This document shows, in pieces, positions 38,104 through 45,558 of a stretch of DNA of 64,000 nucleotides (positions within the stretch are counted from its first letter, which is position 1; each line of letters begins with the position of its first letter). The position numbers were made by a program, and so were the translations under genes. Where the stretch lies: positions 35,301 to 99,300 of the forward strand of contig CAVXMB010000001.1 of assembly GCA_963762745.1 (NCBI GenBank). Direction: 5' to 3'. Below the pieces are notes generated by a model that searched no databases, was not told where the DNA came from, and worked only from the letters and a program-made list of their open reading frames with translations. This stretch comes from an uncultured Actinomycetota bacterium. Its GTDB lineage: Bacteria > Actinomycetota > UBA4738 > HRBIN12.

Positions 38104-39123
38104 ATGGTCGTCGTGATGAAGCAGGACGCGACGGAGACGGACATCGAAGCCGTTTCCGAGCGGGTGCGTGGCGCGGGCGGTGAGGCCTTCGTCTCGCGCG
38201 GCGCCGTGCACACCATCGTCGGCCTCGTCGGCGACACGGACCGCTTCCAGGCGATCGACTGGAAGCAGATGCAGGGCGTCGACCACGTCATCCGGATCGG
38301 GAAGCCCTACAAGATGGTCGCGCGCGACCTCCATCCCGAGACCACGGTCGTCAAGGTGGGGACGACGCCGGTCGGCCGAGGGACGTTCACGCTGATCGCG
38401 GGCCCGTGCGCGGTGGAGAACGCGGAGCAGACGATGGCCGCCGTGGAGGCATCGAGGGCGGCAGGGGCCACGATCGTGCGGGGTGACGTGTACAAACCGA
38501 GGACGTCGCCGTATTCGTTCCAGGGGCTCGGGAAGGAAGGCCTCGAGATCCTGCAGGACGTCAGGCGGCGCACGGGCCTGCCATTCGTGGTCGAGGTCGT
38601 CGATCTGAACCAGGTCGAGCACGTCGCCGAGGTCGCCGATTGCATCCGGATCGGGACGCGCAACGCGCAGAACTTCGAACTGCTCAAGGAAGTGGGGCTG
38701 TCGAAGAAGCCGGTGATGCTGAAACGCGGCCTCGCGATGACGATCGACGAGTGGTTGCAGGCGGCGGAGTACGTCGCGCAGCGCGGGAACTCGGAGATCA
38801 TCCTGTGCGAGCGCGGGATCCGCACGTTCGAACCGGCGACGCGCAACACCCTCGACCTCGCAGGGATGGCGGTCGCGCAGTACGAATCGCACCTTCCCGT
38901 GATCGTCGATCCGTCGCACGCGGTGGGCAAGCGGCATCTGGTGGCGGCGATGGCGAGAGCCGCGGTCGCCGCCGGCGCGGACGGCGTGATGGTGGACGTC
39001 CATCCCCACCCGGAGGAGGCGATGGTGGATGGCGCGCAGGCGCTCCTGCCGCACGAGGTGGTGGAGCTGGGCGAACAGCTGGCGGCGATCGCGGCAGCCG
39101 TCGGGCGACCGATGAACCGCTAG
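38104..39123 (+). CDS. 3-deoxy-7-phosphoheptulonate (DAHP) synthase, type I-beta with N-terminal regulatory domain
   Basis: Start at MVVVMKQDATETDIEAV (RBS GGAGGAGG 6 nt upstream), 339 aa. 'LIAGPCAVEN' and 'KPRTSPYSFQG' motifs. The in-frame upstream extension in track ORF 37948..39123 is rejected. Confidence 0.9.
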   Translation: MVVVMKQDATETDIEAVSERVRGAGGEAFVSRGAVHTIVGLVGDTDRFQAIDWKQMQGVDHVIRIGKPYKMVARDLHPETTVVKVGTTPVGRGTFTLIAGPCAVENAEQTMAAVEASRAAGATIVRGDVYKPRTSPYSFQGLGKEGLEILQDVRRRTGLPFVVEVVDLNQVEHVAEVADCIRIGTRNAQNFELLKEVGLSKKPVMLKRGLAMTIDEWLQAAEYVAQRGNSEIILCERGIRTFEPATRNTLDLAGMAVAQYESHLPVIVDPSHAVGKRHLVAAMARAAVAAGADGVMVDVHPHPEEAMVDGAQALLPHEVVELGEQLAAIAAAVGRPMNR

Positions 39124-39134
39124 GTCATCGTGCG

Positions 39135-39608
39135 CTACGGCGCGAGCCACCACTCGGGCTGACGAGGAGGTTGCAGGGCTTGATCAGCTTTGGCGAGCAG
39201 CAGCGTCAGACGATGTCGCTCGCGATCGCTGAGCGCTTCCTCGAGCTTGAGCTTGAAGTCGTGGGTGTGCTTCCGGAAGAGCCGCAAGCGCCGGAAGCCG
39301 AGCTCTGATGGCCGCACGTAGACGCGTCCGGGTTCGTGAACGAGATCGACCAGGCCGCCGAGATCGAGCTTGTGCACCGTCGTCTGCGCCGCTTGTCGGG
39401 TGAGGCGGAGGATACGTGCGAGCTGGGAGATGTGGATCTCCTTGTTGAGATCTATCGCTTCGAGGGCGCGGTACTGAGCGAAGGTGATCCCGAGGGGCTC
39501 GAGCGACTGGTCCATGAAGACCTCCATCCGATGCTGGAAACGCCGAACGGCGGTGATGACCTCCCATCCGGACGCGAAGCCGTCGTCGGTGCACATGGAG
39601 GCCTTCAT
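39135..39608 (-). CDS. MarR-like winged-helix transcriptional regulator
   Basis: 157 aa. 'LGITFAQYRALEAIDLNKEIHISQLARILRLTRQAAQTTVHKLDLGGLV' has the MarR-type wHTH layout. Confidence 0.7.
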   Translation of the reverse strand: MKASMCTDDGFASGWEVITAVRRFQHRMEVFMDQSLEPLGITFAQYRALEAIDLNKEIHISQLARILRLTRQAAQTTVHKLDLGGLVDLVHEPGRVYVRPSELGFRRLRLFRKHTHDFKLKLEEALSDRERHRLTLLLAKADQALQPPRQPEWWLAP

Positions 39609-39696
39609 ACCGCCTCACGGTGACATAGGCGGTCGCTGGCGTTCCCGTGTGCTGATGTCAAGAGGTTGACTGCCTGCGACGTGCCCCGGCGGCCCT

Positions 39697-39754
39697 ACCT
39701 GTCTAGGGGTTACCGACAAACACCTACGACGTTGTCGGTAACCCCTTGACAGGT
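39697..39754. repeat. 58-bp near-perfect palindrome (23-nt arms, one mismatch, 12-nt spacer)
   Basis: ACCTGTCTAGGGGTTACCGACAA (39697-719), acacctacgacg, TTGTCGGTAACCCCTTGACAGGT (39732-754). 22/23 positions are complementary. Confidence 0.9.
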
Positions 39755-39816
39755 GTCGGCGAGGCGCCCCGCGTGTCCTGCTGTCGAGGTGTTGACGAGA
39801 TCGCAACCGCGCCCAG

Positions 39817-40608
39817 TCAGGCGGAGGTCTCGAGCGTCGCGACGTTCGGGATGAGCTCGACGATGTCGCACTTCCCGCGCCAGCGGGAGAGCGACTCGTC
39901 GGGCGGGCCGACACGGCTCCGGCGCCTGTCCACCAGCATCTTCGCCGCGGTCTCCCATTCGGGTCCTTCGAGCAACCGCTGCGCCGCCGTGAACTCCTGC
40001 AGGGACGTGTCGCGGCCCTTGCGCCGCGTCACGACCACCAGCTCGTTCGCGTCCGGGACGCCCGGAACCGTCTGCTCCTGCAGGTCCGGATCGTGGCTCG
40101 ACAGCAGATAGATCCGCCCTTCCTTGAAGGCGAACCACACCGGCGCCATCCGCTTGTCGCCGTTCACTCGCGTGCCGACCCAGATGACGTCGGATTTTCG
40201 GAGTCCCTCCTCCGTCTCTTTCGGGAGCTTCTGCGCCGCAGCCTGCACGTAGACGGGGAACTCGATCTCTCCGAGGATCTCGCCTTCGAGGATGAACGAG
40301 GCGACGTAGGTGCCGTTCTCCTCCAGCACGGCATCGTCGATGCGGTCGAGCTCGGCGGTCAGGTCCATCGCGCCCTTCATCCGCCGCACCTGCGGACCCC
40401 AGCGGTAGAGCGTGCGCCCGGAGGGGCCCAGCAACCTGATCTCCTCCGAGACGAAGCCCGTCGGCACTTTCCAGGCACGGAAGATCACGAACGGCAGCGC
40501 GGGACCGGGTTGACCGACGAGGTAGATACCGTCCGGAGCCGTCTCCTGATACGCATCCCAGACGCGCTCGTCGACGACGGCCGCCGAGATCAGCTCACCG
40601 ATGGTCAT
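39817..40608 (-). CDS. hypothetical two-domain protein (C-terminal half PNPOx/split-barrel-like)
   Basis: 263 aa with non-repetitive composition. The C-terminal 'MAPVWFAFKEGRIYLLSS' resembles pyridoxamine-phosphate-oxidase-like folds. Weak call. Confidence 0.55.
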   Translation of the reverse strand: MTIGELISAAVVDERVWDAYQETAPDGIYLVGQPGPALPFVIFRAWKVPTGFVSEEIRLLGPSGRTLYRWGPQVRRMKGAMDLTAELDRIDDAVLEENGTYVASFILEGEILGEIEFPVYVQAAAQKLPKETEEGLRKSDVIWVGTRVNGDKRMAPVWFAFKEGRIYLLSSHDPDLQEQTVPGVPDANELVVVTRRKGRDTSLQEFTAAQRLLEGPEWETAAKMLVDRRRSRVGPPDESLSRWRGKCDIVELIPNVATLETSA

Positions 40609-40648
40609 CGTCGGGCGATGATAGCCGACGAGCCGGCGAGCCTCGGCC

Positions 40649-41818
40649 CTAGACGGTGCGCGCGAGCCAGAGACGAGGTTCCTCCAGCTCGGGGAGCGAT
40701 GGCATCGCGTCCGCGGAGTCCCACATCCGCGCCAGGGTGGCCTCGTCGGTCTGCTCCACGACGAGCTCGCAGAACGCCTCGCCTTTCCGGTACTGCTCGC
40801 GCTTCATGTCCACGCCGAGCAGGCGTTCGAACACGGGATCGCCGTGCTCGCCCTCGCGGTACCGCTTCATCGCCTCCTCGATCCGGGGATAGGTGCCGAG
40901 CAGCTCGGCGCCCAGGGCTTGCATCACGTGGTCGCCGTATCCCTCTGCGGCCGCCATGAACGCCTGGATCCGCCCGAGCTTGAGGCGCTGCTCGTCGTCG
41001 AGGTCCGCCCAGAAGAGGCCCTCCTCCGACCGGGCGAGCTGCTGCAACGCCTCTGGATCCGCGGGATCCATCGAGGCGAGCCGGCCCTGCATGCCTTCGA
41101 CGTCCAGTTTGAGCGTCGAGAGGTAGTCATCGAGGAGCTCCTGGAACCGGGCCCGCGCCCATCCCTGCGCGAACTCGAATCGATGCGTCACCTCGTGCAG
41201 CGCCACGAGGGTGCGGAACTCCCTCGGATCGAGCGACCAGTCGCGTTCGAACGCGACGAGGTTCGGAACGACGAACAGGAGCTGTCCCGGTCCCGACCGG
41301 GGCAGCGCGATGTCGTACTGGCCCAATACCCGCTGGGCGAGCATCCCCAGGACCTGTCCCACCTGGGTGCCGAGCAGGAGTGGCGAGAGCTGGCGGAGGA
41401 AGCCGGAGAGCTGCTTCATCTCCGGCGGAAGCTGATCGCCGGCGCTGCGTTCGATCGCATCCGTCAGCTGACGCGCCGCGGGCTCGAGGAGGCCCTTCAG
41501 GCTCTCGGCGTTCGCGTTCACCCATCCGGCACGGCGGACGGCGTGCACCTGGGCGACGTCCGGGGGCGCCGGGAGCCCGGTGAACCTCCCGACGTGCAGC
41601 TCCGCGACCCGGACCGCCTCCTCCAGCAGCCGGCGATCCCCTTCCGAGGGCTCCAGGTCCGGTCCGGCCTCCACCGCGTTGGCGACGCCGACCTGCCGGG
41701 CGAGCTCCCAGTTCACCGGGCCGCTCGAGGACGACATCACCCGTTGGAGTTCCTGGAACAAGGGGGCGTCCTTGAACGCTTCGGGGTCGCCGAAGCTGAA
41801 GCCTGGTCCGCCGCTCAC
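40649..41818 (-). CDS. zinc metalloprotease, DUF2342 / F420-biosynthesis-associated hydrolase type
   Basis: Only the 3' 1170 nt of track ORF 40649..43570 is taken. GTG start at 41816-18 (VSGGPGFSFGDPEAF...GPVNWELARQ). HExxH = 'ALHEVTHRFEF'. Confidence 0.75.
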   Translation of the reverse strand: MSGGPGFSFGDPEAFKDAPLFQELQRVMSSSSGPVNWELARQVGVANAVEAGPDLEPSEGDRRLLEEAVRVAELHVGRFTGLPAPPDVAQVHAVRRAGWVNANAESLKGLLEPAARQLTDAIERSAGDQLPPEMKQLSGFLRQLSPLLLGTQVGQVLGMLAQRVLGQYDIALPRSGPGQLLFVVPNLVAFERDWSLDPREFRTLVALHEVTHRFEFAQGWARARFQELLDDYLSTLKLDVEGMQGRLASMDPADPEALQQLARSEEGLFWADLDDEQRLKLGRIQAFMAAAEGYGDHVMQALGAELLGTYPRIEEAMKRYREGEHGDPVFERLLGVDMKREQYRKGEAFCELVVEQTDEATLARMWDSADAMPSLPELEEPRLWLARTV

Positions 41819-41848
41819 CGGTCCATCGTAGCGGGCCCTCCCGATACG

Positions 41849-42283
41849 ATGTCCGCCGTGCCTCAGCCTGTCCTGGTTCGCATCTCGGCCGAGCCGCTCT
41901 CCGTCGACGAGGCGCTCGCCTTCGTCGGCGACCCGGGGGCGGGCGGTACGTGCGTGTTCGTGGGCACCGTCCGCGACCGCTCGGATGCGGGAGACGTGAC
42001 CGAACTGCACTACGAGGCCTGGGACGAGCTTGCGACCGAGCGCCTCGGCGAGATCGCCGCCGAGATGCTCGACGGGTGGCCGCTGCGGAAGGTGGCGATC
42101 CTGCACCGGACGGGTGACCTGACGGTCGGCGAGGCATCGGTCGTCGTGGCGTGCTCGGCGCCGCACCGGGCGGAAGCGTTCGAGGCCTGCCGGCACGGGA
42201 TCGAGCGTCTCAAGGAAGACGTCCCCATCTGGAAGAAGGAGGGCCTCGTCACCGGCGAGGCGGAATGGGTCATGGGGAGCTAG
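41849..42283 (+). CDS. moaE: molybdopterin synthase catalytic subunit
   Basis: Start at MSAVPQPVLVRISAEPL (144 aa), the 3' part of track ORF 40844..42283. 'GAGGTCVFVGTVRD' and 'APHRAEAFEACRHGIERLKEDVPIWKKE' are MoaE-like. Confidence 0.85.
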   Translation: MSAVPQPVLVRISAEPLSVDEALAFVGDPGAGGTCVFVGTVRDRSDAGDVTELHYEAWDELATERLGEIAAEMLDGWPLRKVAILHRTGDLTVGEASVVVACSAPHRAEAFEACRHGIERLKEDVPIWKKEGLVTGEAEWVMGS

Positions 42284-43288
42284 TTGGGCCGCGACCTGGC
42301 GATCGATCTCGGCAGCGCCAACACCCTCGTGTACCGGCAGGGGGACGGCATCGTCTTCGACGAGCCGACCGTCGTGGCGCTCCACGGCAACGGCGAGGTG
42401 GTCGCGATGGGCGAAGAGGCGTGGCAGATGCTCGGGGGCGACTCCGGCAACGTGCTCGCCGTTCGTCCCCTCCGCGCAGGGACGATGACCGAGTTCGATG
42501 TGACGCAACGGATGCTGGCGATCGTGCTCCGCCGTGTCGGCGTCACACGGTTCCCCAAGCCGAGGGTGCTCGTCTGCGTCCCCCCGTCCGCGTCCGCCGT
42601 CGAACGGCGCGCGATCGAACGTGCGATCCGGTACGCGGGCGGCCGGCAGGTGGTCCCGGTGGAGGAGCCGCTCGCCGCGGCCGTGGGAGCCAACCTCCCC
42701 GTGCACGAGCCGCTCGGGAACCTCATCGTCGACATCGGGGGCGGACGTTCGGAGATGGCGGTCGTCTCGATGGGGGGCGTGGTGTCGGGTCGCTCCGCCA
42801 ACGTGGGGGGCTTCGACCTCGATGCGGCCGTGCAGGAACACATCCGAGTGACGTACGGGGTGTCGATCGGCGAGAAGTCGGCCGAGGAGCTGAAGATCGC
42901 GATCGGCTCCGCGTTCCCTTCGCCCACCGGGCGGGCAGCCAAGGTGATCGGCCGCGAGCTGTCGACGGGGAACACGGTCGAAGTCAAGGTCGACGAGGAC
43001 GAGATCAGGCAGGCGATGGCTCCCACCGTCAAGACGATCGTCGGTGAAGTGCGGATGACCCTCGCGGAAGCGCCGCCGGAGCTCACGCACGATGTGCTGG
43101 AAACCGGCATGTTCCTGACGGGAGGAGGGAGCCTCCTCAAGGGCCTCGACATGCTCCTCGCCCAGGAGTGCGAGGTTCCCGTCCACGTGGTGGAGCGGCC
43201 CCTCGAGACGGTGGTGAGCGGCGCGGGCCGGATGCTCGAGCACCTGGACGACTACCGCACATCCTTCCAGCTGCTCAGGCGAGGGTAG
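42284..43288 (+). CDS. mreB: actin-like rod-shape protein MreB
   Basis: 334 aa. Phosphate-1 'IDLGSANTLVY' and phosphate-2 'VDIGGGRSEMAV'. TTG start is forced, because the preceding in-frame codon is the moaE TAG and the conserved N-terminal motif begins 6 codons later. Confidence 0.85.
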   Translation: MGRDLAIDLGSANTLVYRQGDGIVFDEPTVVALHGNGEVVAMGEEAWQMLGGDSGNVLAVRPLRAGTMTEFDVTQRMLAIVLRRVGVTRFPKPRVLVCVPPSASAVERRAIERAIRYAGGRQVVPVEEPLAAAVGANLPVHEPLGNLIVDIGGGRSEMAVVSMGGVVSGRSANVGGFDLDAAVQEHIRVTYGVSIGEKSAEELKIAIGSAFPSPTGRAAKVIGRELSTGNTVEVKVDEDEIRQAMAPTVKTIVGEVRMTLAEAPPELTHDVLETGMFLTGGGSLLKGLDMLLAQECEVPVHVVERPLETVVSGAGRMLEHLDDYRTSFQLLRRG

Positions 43289-43290
43289 AC

Positions 43291-44157
43291 GTGACCTTCT
43301 CGATCGCCGCCGCGGATCCCGAAGCCGGGGATTGGGGCGTGGCCGTCGCATCGAGGTTCCCGTGCGTGGGGGCGGTGGTGCCGTGGGCGAAGGCCGGTGT
43401 GGGTGCCGTTGCGACGCAATCGTGGGCGAACACCGCGTTCGGCCCGGACGGTCTCGGGTTGATGGCGCACGGGACGGCGGCCGAGGAGACACTCCGCCGG
43501 CTCGTGGAGGCGGACGAGGGCCGCGAGGACCGCCAGGTCGGACTCGTCGATGCGGGCGGTCGCGCCGCAACGTTCACCGGCGCGAAGTGCATGGACTGGG
43601 CGGGCGGCGCGACCGGCGATGGGTTCGCCGCGCAGGGGAACATCCTCGCCGGCGAGGACGTGGTCGCGGAGATGGCGCGCGCCTTCTCAGCCAACGAGGG
43701 CGACCTGTGCGACCGGCTCCTGGCGGCCCTGCTGGCGGGGGACGCGGCAGGCGGCGACCGGCGCGGGCGGCAATCCGCGGCTTTGCTCGTGGTCCGAGAC
43801 GGCGGCGGCTACGAGGGGCGGAACGATCGGTACATCGACCTGCGGGTCGACGACCATCCGGACGCCTCCGATGAGCTCGCCCGGCTCTTCGAGGTGTGGG
43901 ACAGGACGATGTTGATCCGGAACGACCCGCTCCTGCCGTCGAGCCCGGAGCTCGTCGCAGATCTCCAGCGGCGTCTCGCCGCCCTCGGGAGACTCGAGGG
44001 CGAACCGTCCGGCAGCTTCGATGACGTGACCCGGAAGGCGCTCGCGGGATGGGCGGGGGAGTACAACCTCGAAGGTCGGATCCGCGACGACGACCAGATC
44101 TCGAACCAGCTGGTGATGGAGATCCGCGACGTCACGCCGGGGATCCCCGCACCCTAG
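43291..44157 (+). CDS. DUF1028 (Ntn-hydrolase-like) protein with C-terminal peptidoglycan-binding-like domain
   Basis: GTG start at VTFSIAAADPEAGDWGVAVAS (typical DUF1028 N-terminus with Thr2). The C-terminal 'LQRRLAALGRLEGEPSGSFDDVTRKALAGWAGEYNLEG' resembles PG_binding_1. Confidence 0.75.
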   Translation: MTFSIAAADPEAGDWGVAVASRFPCVGAVVPWAKAGVGAVATQSWANTAFGPDGLGLMAHGTAAEETLRRLVEADEGREDRQVGLVDAGGRAATFTGAKCMDWAGGATGDGFAAQGNILAGEDVVAEMARAFSANEGDLCDRLLAALLAGDAAGGDRRGRQSAALLVVRDGGGYEGRNDRYIDLRVDDHPDASDELARLFEVWDRTMLIRNDPLLPSSPELVADLQRRLAALGRLEGEPSGSFDDVTRKALAGWAGEYNLEGRIRDDDQISNQLVMEIRDVTPGIPAP

Positions 44158-44480
44158 GTCGGGCTCGTCGCCGCCTTCTCCAGCAAGCCGACCAGGGTCG
44201 AGCCCGCCAGGTAGAGCGCGAACGCGAGCGCGGCCGCTCCGAAGGCCACGGCCACCACGAGGCCCAGGCTCCCGATGATCCGATCGTGCCAAGAGAGGCT
44301 GTCGTGTGAGATCGAGAGCCGTTCGAAGTTGGTGGGGGGTGGGGGCGGCGCCTGCTGCGCAGGCGCCGCCCCCACCCACGTCTCAGGATCCTCTTGCTCG
44401 AGGGCGGGCAGGGTCGCCGTCAAGCGATAGACGCCGACGCCGACCCCGACCGAGATGGCGATGAGCAGCACGTATCCCAC
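44154..44480 (-). CDS. possible small 2-TM membrane protein (108 aa)
   Basis: Only ORF filling the 399-bp gap between + strand genes. Two hydrophobic helices flank a Pro-rich linker. Caveat: the linker is encoded by a 15-bp perfect inverted repeat. Confidence 0.45.
   Translation of the reverse strand: MGYVLLIAISVGVGVGVYRLTATLPALEQEDPETWVGAAPAQQAPPPPPTNFERLSISHDSLSWHDRIIGSLGLVVAVAFGAAALAFALYLAGSTLVGLLEKAATSPT
44341..44373. repeat. perfect 15-bp inverted repeat (GC hairpin) inside the 108-aa ORF
   Basis: GGGGGCGGCGCCTGC (44341-55), tgc, GCAGGCGCCGCCCCC (44359-73). Extends to about 21 bp with one mismatch (44335-79). The outer 11 nt are identical to the hairpin at 14441. Confidence 0.8.
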
Positions 44481-44556
44481 GACGTCTTCGAGCGTACCGC
44501 CGTGCCTCCGCCATGGCGACGACCGGGTCCGAAGTCCTCCCCGCTACCATCGACCG

Positions 44557-45543
44557 ATGCGACGCGGCGTGCGGATCGGCGGCTACGTGCTCCTCGTTGC
44601 GGTCGCGTTCGCCGCGGGGTGGTTCCCGCTTCCGTACTTCTCGTGGGGGCCGGGCCCAGCTCGCGAGATCGTGCCGTTGATCCACGTCGAGGGGGCACCC
44701 ACCTATGGATCCTCGGGCCACCTCGTGATGACGACGATCCGTTTCACCCAGGTGACCGCGCTCGGTGCGCTGGCGGCGTGGATCGACCCCGAGCAGGCGG
44801 TCGTGAACGAGGACGTCGTGTACCCGGCCGGGCTCTCGCCGTCGGAGGAGGAGCAGCGGGCGATCTCGCAGATGGACCAGAGCAAGATCGATGCTGCCGC
44901 CGTCGCCCTCTCCGAGGTCACCGACTATCCGCGAGAGCACGGTCCCGGAGCGCTCGTGGAGTTCGTGGGATCCGGCTGCCCCGCGGAGGGGCGACTCTTC
45001 CCCGGGGATCTCATCGTGCGGATCGGCGGCGAACAGGTCGATTCGCGGCGCGAAGCGTCGCGCCTGATCGACGCCGTGCCCGCGGACGAGCCGATCGAGT
45101 TCCGCGTCGAGGCCGACGGCGAGGCGCACGACGTGCGAGTGACGCGCGGGCGCTGCCCCGAGACGGATGAGCCGCTGATCGGCATCTTGCTGGTAGAGCC
45201 GTTCCCGTTCGAGATCACGATCGAGAGCGGCGACGTCGGCGGACCGTCCGCAGGGCTCATGTGGGCCGTGGGCCTCTACGACCTCCTCACCCCGGGCGAC
45301 CTGACGGGAGGCCGGACCATCGCCGGCACGGGGGCGATCGACCTCGACGGGAACATCGGGCCGATCAGCGGGATCCTCGACAAGGTGGTGGCCGCGCGCG
45401 AGGCGGACGCGGACATCATGCTGGTCCCTCGGGACAACTTCGACGAGGTTCGAGACGTCGACGCCGGCGATCTCAGGCTCATCTCCGTGTCGACGTTCGA
45501 CGACGCCGTCGAGGCGCTCTCGTCATCGGAACCCGCGACCTGA
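44557..45543 (+). CDS. PDZ-domain / Lon-protease-C-terminal (S16) membrane-anchored protease
   Basis: Start at MRRGVRIGGYVLLVAVAF. PDZ part 'GDLIVRIGGEQV'. Lon-type catalytic region 'GGPSAGLMWAVGLYDLLT...GTGAIDLDGNIGPISG'. Confidence 0.8.
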   Translation: MRRGVRIGGYVLLVAVAFAAGWFPLPYFSWGPGPAREIVPLIHVEGAPTYGSSGHLVMTTIRFTQVTALGALAAWIDPEQAVVNEDVVYPAGLSPSEEEQRAISQMDQSKIDAAAVALSEVTDYPREHGPGALVEFVGSGCPAEGRLFPGDLIVRIGGEQVDSRREASRLIDAVPADEPIEFRVEADGEAHDVRVTRGRCPETDEPLIGILLVEPFPFEITIESGDVGGPSAGLMWAVGLYDLLTPGDLTGGRTIAGTGAIDLDGNIGPISGILDKVVAAREADADIMLVPRDNFDEVRDVDAGDLRLISVSTFDDAVEALSSSEPAT

Positions 45544-45558
45544 GCTAGGCTGCACGCG

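Noticed and set aside
40649-43570. 973-aa minus-strand ORF suggesting a giant protein
   Set aside because: Only the last 389 codons look like a real protein (HExxH metalloprotease). The upstream two-thirds is Arg/Pro/Gly-rich and is antisense to clearly recognisable moaE, mreB and DUF1028 genes.
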